Source of the DNA: Terriglobia bacterium
Lineage (GTDB): Bacteria; Acidobacteriota; Terriglobia; 20CM-2-55-15
Assembly: GCA_965198225.1 (NCBI GenBank)
Contig: CBDAOY010000006.1
Coordinates: 64,001 to 128,000 of the forward strand
Reading direction: 5' to 3'
DNA length: 64,000 nucleotides
The position numbers were made by a program, and so were the translations under genes. Positions 27,550-37,721 of this stretch are shown piece after piece; the first letter of the stretch is position 1, and every line of letters starts with the position of its first letter. A model generated the notes under the pieces. It was given only the letters and a program-made list of their open reading frames with translations. It was not told the origin of the DNA and ran no database searches.

Positions 27550-29901
27550 ATGAATCCGGAAATCATCCGCAAGATCAACCAGGACATCGGTGTCGCTGTG
27601 TCCCGAATCGAGGCGGCCAACCGGCTGCTCGAAGAAGGGGCGACGATTCCCTTCATCGCCCGCTACCGAAAGGAAGCGACAGGCAATCTCGACGAAGTCC
27701 AGATTCGGGACATCGCCGAGCGACGAATCTACTACAACGAGCTAGATGAGCGCCGTAAGGTCGTCCTCTCGAAGATCGAGGAACAAGGGAAGCTGACCGA
27801 CGAGCTGCGCGACAAAATCCAGAGCTGCTACATCAAGGCCGAGCTCGAGGATCTCTACCTCCCCTACAAGGTGAGGCGGAAGACCAAGGCCGGCATCGCC
27901 CGCGAGCGTGGGCTGGAGCCCCTCGCAGACTTTCTCATGACGGGGTCCGGGGAGGAGTCGGTCGAGAACGAAGCGGCGAAGTTCGTGAACGAGGAGAAGG
28001 AAGTCCCAACCGCCGAAGCCGCCATCGAAGGGGCGCTGCACATCCTGGCCGAGCGCGTCAGCGAAAACGCCGATTCCCGCAAGTGGCTCCGCGACCTCAT
28101 GTTTAAGGAGGGCGTGGTCCAATCTAGGGTCACCAGAGAAAAGGAAAGCCAGAAGACCAAGTACTCCATGTACCACAGCTTCCAGGAACCGGTTTCGAAG
28201 ATTCCTTCCCACCGCGTGCTGGCTATCAGACGGGGATCCCGTGAGAAGGTTCTGACCTACTCGGTTCAAATCGACCAGGCCCGTGCTGTCGGCGAGATGA
28301 GATCGCGCGTGATCGGCGAAGAAGGAGTTCGATTCGCGTCGTTCGTGGAAAGAGCAATTCAGGACGGATACGATCGGTTGATGGAGCCTTCCATCCAGAA
28401 CGAGGTACGCAGCTACCTTCGCGGCCGGGCCGACGAGGAAGCGATCAAGGTGTTTGAAGAGAACCTTCGCGCCTTGCTGCTGGCGGCACCAGCCGGGCAG
28501 ATCGTCGTCATGGGCATCGACCCCGGTCTGCGCACAGGCTCAAAGATCGCGGTCGTGGATGACACATGTAAGTTTCTCGAAAAGCAAACGATCTACCTCA
28601 CCGAACCGAAGAAGGACCTGGATGCCGCAGAGAAGATTCTCGTGGATCTGATCCCCAGGCTCAGGGTCGAGGGCATCGTCATCGGCAACGGCACCGGTTC
28701 CAGAGAGACCGAAACATTCGTGCGGTCGGTCATCGAGAAGCACAAACTCGACGCCTTCACAGTGGTCACGAACGAGGCTGGCGCCTCGGTCTACTCCGCT
28801 TCGAAACGGGCCCGGCAGGAGTTCCCCGAGCTCGACGTCACGGTCCGCGGCGCGATTTCCATTGCCCGCAGAATGCAGGACCCGCTGGCGGAACTGGTCA
28901 AGATCGATCCCAAGTCCATCGGAGTCGGCCAGTACCAGCACGATGTGGACCAGAAGAAGCTCCGCCACAGCCTGGGTACGGTGGTCGAATCATGTGTCAA
29001 CAGCGTCGGCGTCGACCTCGGCACAGCTTCGGTCGACCTCCTGAAGTACGTCTCCGGGGTGTCGGAAAGCCTGGCGAAGGCAATCGTCGCGTACCGCAAC
29101 GACAGCGGGGCTTTCAAGAACCGTGAGCACTTGAAACAGGTGCCAGGCCTCGGAGAAAAGACCTTCCAGCAGGCGGCCGGTTTCCTCCGCATCAAGGACG
29201 GAGAAAACCCTCTCGATCGAACCTCCGTCCATCCCGAGTCATACCCGCTGGTCGAACGCATAGCCGCCTCCCTCGACATTCGGGTTTCGGAATTGATAGA
29301 GAACCGTTCACGCGTAGCCGCCGTCGATTTCAAAAACTTCGAGAAGGAAGCGGGCAGATACACTCTGGTCGACATCCGGAACGAGCTGCTGAAACCGGGC
29401 AGGGATCCGAGAAAGACGTTCAAGGTGCTGCACTTCCGGGAGGATATTCGAGAGATTACCGACCTCAAGGAAGGCATGGAAATCGAAGGCAACGTCACGA
29501 ACGTGACGAACTTCGGTGCCTTCGTCGATCTGGGTGTCCATCAGGACGGGCTGATTCACATCTCCGAACTGGCCCACGGCTACATCCAGGACGCGCGGCG
29601 GGCGGTCAAAGTCGGGGACGTCGTCAAGGTCAAGGTGATCGGAGTCGACCCGGACATGAAGCGCATCAGCCTGTCCCGGAAGGCCACGATGCAAAAGCCT
29701 AAACCGCGACCGAAGCCCAAGCCGCGACGGAAGCCGGAGCCAAAGGAACCAGTGAAGGCGCGGAAGGCAAAGCTGGACAAACCTGGGAAAAAGGAAGCCA
29801 CTGTCGCCGTGAAGCGGAAACCGAAGCCCAAGCGGCCCGAGCCGTCGATGGAGGAAAAGCTGAAGCTGCTGCAGCAGAAGTTTAAGGGTTCGAATCGGTA
29901 A
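27550..29901 (+). CDS. tex: Tex family RNA-binding transcription accessory protein
   Basis: GATIPFIARYRKEATG, LEDLYLPYK, GIDPGLRTG, NEAGASVYSAS, DPKSIGVGQYQHDV, C-terminal S1 domain. Confidence 0.97.
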   Translation: MNPEIIRKINQDIGVAVSRIEAANRLLEEGATIPFIARYRKEATGNLDEVQIRDIAERRIYYNELDERRKVVLSKIEEQGKLTDELRDKIQSCYIKAELEDLYLPYKVRRKTKAGIARERGLEPLADFLMTGSGEESVENEAAKFVNEEKEVPTAEAAIEGALHILAERVSENADSRKWLRDLMFKEGVVQSRVTREKESQKTKYSMYHSFQEPVSKIPSHRVLAIRRGSREKVLTYSVQIDQARAVGEMRSRVIGEEGVRFASFVERAIQDGYDRLMEPSIQNEVRSYLRGRADEEAIKVFEENLRALLLAAPAGQIVVMGIDPGLRTGSKIAVVDDTCKFLEKQTIYLTEPKKDLDAAEKILVDLIPRLRVEGIVIGNGTGSRETETFVRSVIEKHKLDAFTVVTNEAGASVYSASKRARQEFPELDVTVRGAISIARRMQDPLAELVKIDPKSIGVGQYQHDVDQKKLRHSLGTVVESCVNSVGVDLGTASVDLLKYVSGVSESLAKAIVAYRNDSGAFKNREHLKQVPGLGEKTFQQAAGFLRIKDGENPLDRTSVHPESYPLVERIAASLDIRVSELIENRSRVAAVDFKNFEKEAGRYTLVDIRNELLKPGRDPRKTFKVLHFREDIREITDLKEGMEIEGNVTNVTNFGAFVDLGVHQDGLIHISELAHGYIQDARRAVKVGDVVKVKVIGVDPDMKRISLSRKATMQKPKPRPKPKPRRKPEPKEPVKARKAKLDKPGKKEATVAVKRKPKPKRPEPSMEEKLKLLQQKFKGSNR

Positions 29902-29906
29902 TTGCT

Positions 29907-29974
29907 GTAGGTGCGGTCTATGACCGCACATCTTCCGGTTTCGAAACGTCTGTGCGCTCATAGAGCGCACCTAC
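29907..29974. repeat. GTAG-REP doublet
   Basis: G-type 29907, inverted C-type 29952. Confidence 0.9.
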
Positions 29975-30067
29975 GCCTCCCATCTGCAAGAAACCTCGCT
30001 CCCCGCACGTATTCCTGTTAACAATCCGCCGATGGCGGGCGTCAATTTGGTTAAGATATTTGAAGGG

Positions 30068-31288
30068 ATGAATTTCCGCGAAGCAGTCTGGATCGCGCTT
30101 TCGTCGTTGCGGGTGAACCGGCTCCGCTCGGTGCTGACCCTACTGGGAATCGTCATAGGCGTGATGACGGTTATCACCGTGATTTCGTTCATCTCGGGAC
30201 TGAATGACTTTGTCGAGCAGGAGATCTTCAACCTCGGCGCGGACGTTTTCGTGGTCACCCGAACCCCCAATGTCGTCACGAACCGCGAGGATTGGATCGC
30301 CGCGCGAAAACGGAAGAACCTGTACCTGGAGGACGCTGATGCAATCCGCGAATCGTGTGCGGCGTGCCAGGCGGTCGGCGCGCGTCTGAATGCGCGCGCG
30401 TGGGTGAAGTCCGGTCGGGAGTATTTGGACGGTACGCAGATTCGTGGGCTGACGCCGGAAGTGCCGGCGATACTCGGTGAGGACCTGGACGCGGGCCGAG
30501 GCTTAACCGAGTATGACATCCGGCACAGCCGGCGCGTCTGCGTCATCGGCAGCGATGTCGTAGACAACATTTTCCCGTTCGTCGACCCCATCGGAAAGAT
30601 GCTCCAGGTCAACGGCCGCGAGTTCGAGGTCGTTGGCATCGGCGAGAAGCGCGGTTCTATCGTCGGTCAATCTCAAGACAATTGGGTAACCATACCGATC
30701 ACGGCGTTCCAGCGCATGTTCGGGTCCAGACGGTCGGTTCGAATCTACGGGAAGGCCAACGGGGAGGAGATGATCGACACCGCGGTAGATCAGGCGCGGG
30801 TGGTTCTGAGAACGCGTCGCCATATCGCCTACAACGACGACGACGACTTTTCCATATCCACCAACGAAACGTTCCTCGAGCTCTGGGCCAACATCAGCCG
30901 GACGTTCTTCGCGGTCACGATTGCAATCGCGTCGATCTCTCTCGTCGTCGGTGGAATCGTCGTGATGAACATCATGCTGGTGTCGGTCACGGAGCGGACG
31001 CGGGAGATCGGCATCCGGAAGGCGACCGGGGCGCGTCGGGCAGACATCATGCTTCAGTTTCTCGTCGAGTCCGCCACGCTCGCACTGGTCGGTGGGGTCA
31101 TCGGGGTAGGGCTGGCGATCGCGATCGCAACCGGTGTTTCAGCGGCGACGGCTCTGCCTTCGGCGATTAAGTGGTGGGCCGTCACGCTCGGCCTCGTCGT
31201 GTCCACTGCAGTGGGTTTGTTCTTCGGAATCTGGCCGGCAAAGAAGGCGGCGAGCCTGGATCCGATAGCGGCGTTGCGCTATGAATGA
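30068..31288 (+). CDS. MacB-like ABC transporter permease
   Basis: RSVLTLLGIVIGV, GGIVVMNIMLVSVTERTREIGIRKA, LDPIAALRYE. Confidence 0.93.
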   Translation: MNFREAVWIALSSLRVNRLRSVLTLLGIVIGVMTVITVISFISGLNDFVEQEIFNLGADVFVVTRTPNVVTNREDWIAARKRKNLYLEDADAIRESCAACQAVGARLNARAWVKSGREYLDGTQIRGLTPEVPAILGEDLDAGRGLTEYDIRHSRRVCVIGSDVVDNIFPFVDPIGKMLQVNGREFEVVGIGEKRGSIVGQSQDNWVTIPITAFQRMFGSRRSVRIYGKANGEEMIDTAVDQARVVLRTRRHIAYNDDDDFSISTNETFLELWANISRTFFAVTIAIASISLVVGGIVVMNIMLVSVTERTREIGIRKATGARRADIMLQFLVESATLALVGGVIGVGLAIAIATGVSAATALPSAIKWWAVTLGLVVSTAVGLFFGIWPAKKAASLDPIAALRYE

Positions 31289-32525
31289 CATCGCTCTCAT
31301 GGCGCTGGATTCGATCCGGGCCAACAAGATTCGGTCGGTCCTGACAGTCCTGGGCGTGGTCATCGGGGTGATGACCGTGATCGGGATGTCGTCGGTGGTA
31401 AGCGGACTGAACACGGGCATCACTTCCCAGATCGAAGACATCGGTTCGAACTTGATCTTCGTAACGCGCTTCGACCTCACGGTGGGCCGCAGATCTGCTG
31501 ATGAGCGCACGCGGAAGAAGCTGACCCTGGAAGATGCGATGGCCCTGGGCGAGTTGCCCGCGGTCCAGGCTGTGGCGCCCATGCTGAGATGGTTCCGCCC
31601 GGCGATGAGCTCTTCGTCCTACAGCATAAGGTACCGGGACCGGACGGTCTCCAACACGATCATCGAGGGAATCACTCCGGCACACGAAGAGGTCTTCAGG
31701 CTGGACTTGCGCGACGGGCGCTGGATCAACGAGAGCGACCATCGGCATCGATCCAACGTCGTGGTGCTGGGCTACAACACAGCGGAGACTCTGTTCCCAA
31801 ACATGGACAACTCCGTCGGCAAAGAGGTCGAACTCGAGGGCAGGGTTTTTCACGTGATCGGGGTCTTGGAGAAACGCAAGAGCGGCCTCAACCCGGGCGA
31901 CAACGCTGAAGACAACATGGCAGAGATACCGATTGGTGCGTTCACGAAGCTCCATCCGGAGGTTGACGACTACTGGATCACGCTCAAGCCTGTAAGCCAG
32001 GAAGCCATGCCTGCCGCGATCGACCAGGCCGAAGGGTTGCTCCGACGCAGGCAGGGACTCGCCTACGACAAGCCGAACGACTTCGCCGTCTTCACGCAGG
32101 ACGCCTTTACGGATCTCTGGAACCAAGTATCAGGGGGCATTTTCGCGGTCATGCTGGCGATATCGTCGGTCGCACTGATGGTCGGCGGTGTGGGGGTGAT
32201 GAACATCATGCTCGTCTCGGTCACGGAACGGACCAAAGAAATCGGCATCCGGAAGGCGATCGGCGCAACCCGCCGGACCATCATGATCCAGTTCCTGCTC
32301 GAAGCGGTGTGCCTGACGACGCTCGGGGGCATACTGGGCATCGGTGCGGGAGCGCTCGTAACCAGCGGAATCCGCGCAGCCGCGCCCTTCCTGCCCGCCG
32401 CGATGTCGCCCTTCTGGGTCGCGCTGGGGTTTTCGACATCAGTCGCAGTCGGCCTGATATTCGGTCTGTACCCAGCCTATAAGGCCGCCAAACTGGACCC
32501 GATAGAAGCGTTACGGTATGAGTAG
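31281..32525 (+). CDS. MacB-like ABC transporter permease (second)
   Basis: RSVLTVLGVVIGV, GGVGVMNIMLVSVTERTKEIGIRKA, LDPIEALRYE. Confidence 0.93.
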   Translation: MNDIALMALDSIRANKIRSVLTVLGVVIGVMTVIGMSSVVSGLNTGITSQIEDIGSNLIFVTRFDLTVGRRSADERTRKKLTLEDAMALGELPAVQAVAPMLRWFRPAMSSSSYSIRYRDRTVSNTIIEGITPAHEEVFRLDLRDGRWINESDHRHRSNVVVLGYNTAETLFPNMDNSVGKEVELEGRVFHVIGVLEKRKSGLNPGDNAEDNMAEIPIGAFTKLHPEVDDYWITLKPVSQEAMPAAIDQAEGLLRRRQGLAYDKPNDFAVFTQDAFTDLWNQVSGGIFAVMLAISSVALMVGGVGVMNIMLVSVTERTKEIGIRKAIGATRRTIMIQFLLEAVCLTTLGGILGIGAGALVTSGIRAAAPFLPAAMSPFWVALGFSTSVAVGLIFGLYPAYKAAKLDPIEALRYE

Positions 32526-32535
32526 GCCCGTTGGT

Positions 32536-32601
32536 GTAGGTGCGGTCTATGACCGCACATTGTTTGGGGTCGAGGAGTGTGCGCTCATAGAGCGCACCTA
32601 C
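32536..32601. repeat. GTAG-REP doublet between convergent genes
   Basis: G-type 32536, 20-bp spacer, inverted C-type 32579. Confidence 0.9.
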
Positions 32602-32627
32602 ACTCGCTTGTCACTCGTGACTCCTGC

Positions 32628-33311
32628 CTACCCCAGATTCGTTTTCAGAAACGCCACCGCTCGATTCCAGGCGTCACCAGCGTTGGATTCGTCATACACC
32701 TCCGGCCGCGTGTCGTTGAAGAAGGCGTGGTCGCAGTCGGGGTACCGGACGACTTCCCCGGGCTTGCCTTTCTCAGACAGGTGGGCGCCCAGCCGGTCGA
32801 CTTCGTCTTTCGTGATCCACTGATCCTTCCCGGCATAGATGTAGAGAACCGGAGAATTGAGCCCGTCCAGGATATCGTTGCCGGGCACCTGGCCATAGAA
32901 GGGAACGGCGGCAGCCACGCTGGAGTCGTGGATGGGAAGCATCAGCGAGTAGGAGCCGCCCATGCAGAATCCGATGACGCCGATCTTTTCGATGCCTTCC
33001 AGACGGATGAACCTGACCGCGGCACCAAGCCTGGCAAGCGCCTCCTGCTGGTTCAAGCCAATCATCATCGATCCGGCAACCTCGGCGTCGGTAGTGACTC
33101 GCCCGTCGAACAGGTCGGGAGCGATTGTGACGAAACCCTCCGACGCCAAACGATTCGCGACGTCGCGAATGTGGTCGTTCAACCCCCACCACTCATGGAC
33201 GACCACAACGGCCGGGAACCCGTCTTCGGGCTCGGGTGTGGCGATGAACGCCTCGATCTCGCTTCCATCGAAGGGAATGTTGGCCTCACGAGTGACGACT
33301 GCTCCTGCCAT
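32628..33311 (-). CDS. Dienelactone hydrolase family protein
   Basis: HEWWGLN, GFCMGG nucleophile, HAFFND. Confidence 0.93.
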   Translation of the reverse strand: MAGAVVTREANIPFDGSEIEAFIATPEPEDGFPAVVVVHEWWGLNDHIRDVANRLASEGFVTIAPDLFDGRVTTDAEVAGSMMIGLNQQEALARLGAAVRFIRLEGIEKIGVIGFCMGGSYSLMLPIHDSSVAAAVPFYGQVPGNDILDGLNSPVLYIYAGKDQWITKDEVDRLGAHLSEKGKPGEVVRYPDCDHAFFNDTRPEVYDESNAGDAWNRAVAFLKTNLG

Positions 33312-33329
33312 TGGTGCCTCCTGTTAGAG

Positions 33330-33690
33330 AATCCACCCAAAATAGGTTTGTTGAAATCTTTGGGCAGGCGATCAGCCATCAGCTGACGGCACACTTGACC
33401 CTCACACGTCTGAGAGCAGAATTTCTCAAACCTGAAGATCAAGCGTCTATCGCGTGTTGAACCAGCGGGATTCTAACCCATCCTCCGGCCGAACTCCCGT
33501 AGAATAGGTCACGGCGCCTACCCAAGAAATAGTTGAATCCGGGTAGGCGATCAGCTGTCAGCTTTCGGCTTTCAGCTTGTCGATTGCAAGCGAGCGTCAA
33601 CGAGTTTCTTTGCTACGAGCTAAGCGCTGACAGCACGCTTGCTCCCCGGAATGTGAGAGCAATGTTCCCGAAGTGAGAGATCAGGCGTCT
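33330..33690 (+). repeat. Two diverged tandem copies of the composite hairpin/7-mer/hairpin repeat
   Basis: CGCCTACCC..GGGTAGGCG hairpin, GATCAGCYRTCAGCT, then ACRCTTG..TGAGAGCA..GATCARGCGT at about 33330-33446 and 33515-33688. Confidence 0.7.
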
Positions 33691-33703
33691 TAAGGGGGAA
33701 GTT

Positions 33704-34054
33704 GTGGGCGAGCAAGATATGGACAAAGAGGATCTATTCATCGAAGCGGTCGAATTCTTCGGTGAGGAGAAGCTCGAGGAAGCCATCGCAAGCTACGGTA
33801 GGGCTCTGGAAATCGACCCGACCTACCAGGACGCGCTGCACGGTCTGGCCCGGGCGCAATTCGATCATGGGCAGGTCGATGAGGCGATCGCGACCGCCAA
33901 GCGCCTGACCGAGATCGATGCCGACGACGTCCTCGCGCATACGAGCCTCTCGATGTTCTACCAGGCCAAGGGAATGATCGAAGAGGCCGAGAAGGAAGGT
34001 AACGTCGCACGGGTGCTCGGCTGGAAGCAGGAGCTGAGGGAAGGCGGGGAATGA
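33704..34054 (+). CDS. Small tetratricopeptide repeat protein
   Basis: EEAIASYGRALEIDPTYQDALHGLA..GQVDEAIATAKRLTEID..AHTSLSMFY. Confidence 0.88.
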   Translation: MGEQDMDKEDLFIEAVEFFGEEKLEEAIASYGRALEIDPTYQDALHGLARAQFDHGQVDEAIATAKRLTEIDADDVLAHTSLSMFYQAKGMIEEAEKEGNVARVLGWKQELREGGE

Positions 34055-34234
34055 AGGAAAACCAAGAGACGCGATATCTTCTTTGTTATCTGTCGAATAA
34101 GTGATATTCCTTGCCCAGGTCCCGCGCCGGTCCGCGCTATGGAGGCTCTCGGTCCGGCTCCGGCGTGCGACGTTGACTTTTAGAAGCGCCGAAGAATAGA
34201 CTACTTTTATCGAAGTAGGTTCACAGCGGGATTC

Positions 34235-36325
34235 ATGTCCACGACGATTACCGAGTCCGATCCACTCGTCGGCTTTCTCAAGAACGTCAGCCTGTTTGCC
34301 GATCTGCCGGAAGAGAGCCTGGCGAAGCTCGGCACCTGCCTGAAAACAACGGACTTTCCCCCTTCGGAAACGATCATGCGCGAGGGCGCGCCAGGCGTGT
34401 CGATGTACGTCATCAAGGACGGCCTGGTTGAGGTCCGAAAGAAGGATCCGGTCACCGGCATCGACTTCCTGGTCGCCCAGCTCGGCGAGGGAGCCGCGGT
34501 CGGAGAGATGTCATTGCTGACCGGCAAGCCGCGCTCGGCGAGCGTGACGACCGTCGAACCGACCTCGGTCTACACTCTGACCCGGACCGATTTTCGCAAC
34601 CTTCTGACACAATACCCGGAAATTTCCCTAGGACTCGCCAGGGTCCTGGCCGACCGCCTCGAAGAAGCCAACAAGCAGGTTGGTGTCGAATTCGTCAGCC
34701 TGACCAAGAACATCAACTTCGATCCAAAAGTGGTCGGCCTGGTCCCGCAAAACATCCTGATGCAGCACAAGGTCGTCCCGATCGCATACGGGAACAACGC
34801 GCTGACTCTCGCGATGGTCAACCCGTCGAACCTGGTCGCCTTCGACGATGTTCGCCGGTACGTGAAAGGCATCATCATCGAGCCACGGGTCTGCACCGAG
34901 GACGAATTCAACAAGTTCATGATCGCAGAATACCCGAAGCTCATGAACGTCGAGGAGGAAGTCGACGAAGCGCAGAAGGAAAAGGAAGCCGAGCGACGCC
35001 GCAGAGACATAGAGAGGAAGAAGAAGGAAAAGCAGGAAGTCGCCGCGGTCCAGCAGCCCCAACAAAGCCTCGAAGATCTCGAGGCGGAGATTCTGGGCGG
35101 TATCGAAGTGCAGGAGGAAGTGGAAGAGAAGCCATCGGACATGGAGTTGCAGTCGGCTTCGGGAGACGCGCCGGTCGTCCGCCTGGCGAACAATATCCTC
35201 GCTCTGTCTATCAAGGAAGGGGCCAGCGACATCCACATCGAACCCCAGGAAACCGGCGTGCGGCTCCGCCTCCGCGTCGACGGTGTGCTGCGAGTCCAGA
35301 ATGTCCTGTCGCGGAAGATCATGCTTCCGCTCATTTCTCGCTTCAAGATTCTTTCCAGGCTCGACATCTCAGAACGACGGCTCCCGCAGGACGGCCGCAT
35401 CTCGATCAAGATCGACGATCGGGCCATCGACTTCCGCGTCTCGACAGTACCGGCGAAGTTCGGGGAGAAGATCGTCATGCGCGTTCTCGACAAGAGCGCG
35501 TCGCTGCTGCCGCTGGACAAGATCATCAACCATCAGGAAAGCATGGAGAAAGTCCGGTGGATGATCAACCAGCCATACGGGATCATCTACGTGACGGGCC
35601 CGACCGGGTCCGGCAAGACCACGTCGCTTTACAGTTCCCTCGGCGAGATCAACTCGCCTGGCACCAACATCTCGACGGCTGAAGACCCGATCGAGTACGA
35701 CCTGGAAGGCGTCAACCAGATCCAGACCCACAAGCTAATCGGCCTGGATTTCGCCCGAGTCCTGCGAGCCTTCCTGCGGCAGGACCCCGACATCATCCTC
35801 GTAGGTGAGACGCGAGACCGTGAGACGGCGGGAATCGCGGTAGAAGCAGCTCTGACAGGCCACCTGGTGTTCACGACCCTCCACACCAACGACGCACCTG
35901 GTGCGTTCACCCGCCTGGAAGAGATGGGCGTGGAGCCGTTCCTGATGTCGAGTTCGACGATCGGTATCCTGGCCCAGCGGCTGGCGCGTCGAATCTGCAC
36001 GAACTGCAAGGAAGCGGTGAAGCCCGACGAGGCGACGGCGAAGTACTTCGGCTACGACATGAACGACCTTCCGAACTTCTACAAGGGAAAAGGTTGCGAC
36101 AAGTGCGGGGGCACAGGATACAAAGGCCGTGTCGGTGTCTACGAAGTCCTGATCATGAACGACGAACTCCGCCGCCTGGTTTCCTCGGGCGCGAAATCGG
36201 ACGAAGTTCGCGACTGCGCCGTCAAGAGCGGGATGATGACGCTCCAGAAGTACGCCGAATTCCTGCTGAAGGAAGGGCTGACCACCGTCGAGGCCGTGCT
36301 GGGCGTGATCTCGATAGCCGAGTAG
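34235..36325 (+). CDS. cNMP-binding domain fused to GspE/PilB-type secretion/pilus assembly ATPase
   Basis: N-terminal SLFADL..IMREG..MYVIKDG.VEV..GEMSLLTGKPRSASV; then T2SSE_N-like domain, ASDIHIEP, ERRLPQDG, GPTGSGKT, EDPIE, LRQDPDIILVGE, TGHLVFTTLH, CxxC..CxxC. Confidence 0.93.
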   Translation: MSTTITESDPLVGFLKNVSLFADLPEESLAKLGTCLKTTDFPPSETIMREGAPGVSMYVIKDGLVEVRKKDPVTGIDFLVAQLGEGAAVGEMSLLTGKPRSASVTTVEPTSVYTLTRTDFRNLLTQYPEISLGLARVLADRLEEANKQVGVEFVSLTKNINFDPKVVGLVPQNILMQHKVVPIAYGNNALTLAMVNPSNLVAFDDVRRYVKGIIIEPRVCTEDEFNKFMIAEYPKLMNVEEEVDEAQKEKEAERRRRDIERKKKEKQEVAAVQQPQQSLEDLEAEILGGIEVQEEVEEKPSDMELQSASGDAPVVRLANNILALSIKEGASDIHIEPQETGVRLRLRVDGVLRVQNVLSRKIMLPLISRFKILSRLDISERRLPQDGRISIKIDDRAIDFRVSTVPAKFGEKIVMRVLDKSASLLPLDKIINHQESMEKVRWMINQPYGIIYVTGPTGSGKTTSLYSSLGEINSPGTNISTAEDPIEYDLEGVNQIQTHKLIGLDFARVLRAFLRQDPDIILVGETRDRETAGIAVEAALTGHLVFTTLHTNDAPGAFTRLEEMGVEPFLMSSSTIGILAQRLARRICTNCKEAVKPDEATAKYFGYDMNDLPNFYKGKGCDKCGGTGYKGRVGVYEVLIMNDELRRLVSSGAKSDEVRDCAVKSGMMTLQKYAEFLLKEGLTTVEAVLGVISIAE

Positions 36326-36330
36326 GGGAA

Positions 36331-36664
36331 TCGTAGGCCGTTGGCCGTCACCCCCTTCACTGCACTCCGGAAAGTATCGCTCCCTTAGGTCGTAGGCCGT
36401 TGGCCGTTGCCCACTTCACTCCATTCCGTAAAGTATCGCTCCCTTAGGTCGTAGGCCGTTTGGGCCCTTCGGGCCCGGTACAGGTGGGCGTGTTGTCTGT
36501 ACTTCTCTACCGCTGAGCGAACAATAGGCTATGAGAGTCGTGCTGGTCAGTCCCAACGGACAACGGCCTACGAGCGGCTCGCTAAAACGAAGGCTTGCGG
36601 AAGGAAAGTTGGGTTAGCTTGGACCCACAACGGCCTACGGGCCCGTAGGGCCCAACGGCCTACG
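36331..36664. repeat. 59-bp tandem duplication and inverted CGTAGGC/CGTTGGC 7-mer arms between convergent genes
   Basis: TCGTAGGCCGTT at 36331, 36390, 36449; inverted AACGGCCTACG copies near 36562, 36629 and 36654. Confidence 0.85.
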
Positions 36665-37721
36665 TCTTCACGCCGAGAGGCGTCTCCGCGCGGATGAACT
36701 CTTCATACTTCACGACGTCGTCGTGGCTTCCGATGATCAGGGGTACCCGTTGCTGCAGCGACGTGGGTTCGATATCCAGGATCCGCTCCCTGCCGGTCGT
36801 GGCCATCCCCCCCGCCTGTTCGGCGACCAACGCCAGGGGGGCACCCTCGTAAAGCAGCCTCAGCTTCGCCTTAGGACCCGGGTATAGGAAGATCCCGCCC
36901 TTGAGTAGGTTCCGGTGGAAGTCGGCGACGAGAGATCCGATGTAGCGCATGGAGTAAGGCCGGCCTGTTGCTTCATCTTCTTCCTTCAGGTAGGCAACGT
37001 ATCTCTTCGTCCCTTCGTCCCACTTCTTGAGGTTGCCTTCGTTGATGCTGTAGATCTTGCCTCGCTTTGGCGTACGTATGTTTTCGTGAGAGAGCAGAAA
37101 CTCGCCCAGCGCCGGATCGAGTGTGAACCCGTGGACACCGTTGCCGGTCGTGTAAACCATCATGCTGCTCGACCCGTAGATGAAATACCCGGCGGCGACT
37201 TGCTTGAAGCCGGGCTGGAGACAGTCTGCCGCGGTTCCGTCGTCGCCATCGGATACCTTTCGGTGGATGGAGAAGATCGTGCCGATGCTCGTGTTGACGT
37301 CGATGTTGGAGGAGCCGTCAAGCGGGTCGAAAAGAACAACGTACTTCCCCTTCTGGCCGCCCTCCGGTATCGGGATGATGCCCTCCGACTCTTCTGATGC
37401 CATAACGCAGACGCGACCGCAATTGCCGAGGGCTTGACAGATCATCCGCTGGGCGAAGTCGTCGAGTTTCATGACCGTCTCGCCGTAGACATTTACGCTA
37501 TCGGTCTCGCCCAGCACTGTCTTTGCAAGTCCAGCGCGATTCACATCGCGTGAGATGATCTTGGCTGCCACGATCAGACTAGTCATCAGGTCGGTAAAGT
37601 CGCCGCTCACGCCGGGATGCCGGCGCTGCTCGTCGAGAATGTGTTGCTGGACCGTCTTAATCGGATTCATTGCTTTTCTCTGTTTAGTAGCCCCCAAGCT
37701 CCCGAAACCGGTGGTCGTCAT
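36660..37721 (-). CDS. fbp: Fructose-1,6-bisphosphatase class 1
   Basis: [48 protein letters not shown]; alternative start 37670. Confidence 0.96.
   Translation of the reverse strand: MTTTGFGSLGATKQRKAMNPIKTVQQHILDEQRRHPGVSGDFTDLMTSLIVAAKIISRDVNRAGLAKTVLGETDSVNVYGETVMKLDDFAQRMICQALGNCGRVCVMASEESEGIIPIPEGGQKGKYVVLFDPLDGSSNIDVNTSIGTIFSIHRKVSDGDDGTAADCLQPGFKQVAAGYFIYGSSSMMVYTTGNGVHGFTLDPALGEFLLSHENIRTPKRGKIYSINEGNLKKWDEGTKRYVAYLKEEDEATGRPYSMRYIGSLVADFHRNLLKGGIFLYPGPKAKLRLLYEGAPLALVAEQAGGMATTGRERILDIEPTSLQQRVPLIIGSHDDVVKYEEFIRAETPLGVKT

Noticed and set aside
30068-32525. MacB permease pair without ATPase as a novel system
   Set aside because: Paired permeases with an ATPase encoded elsewhere are common; nothing else unusual
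36331-36460. CRISPR-like repeat/spacer pattern (31-bp repeat, 28-bp spacers)
   Set aside because: Only two full repeats, the spacers resemble each other, and no cas genes are present; it is a tandem duplication
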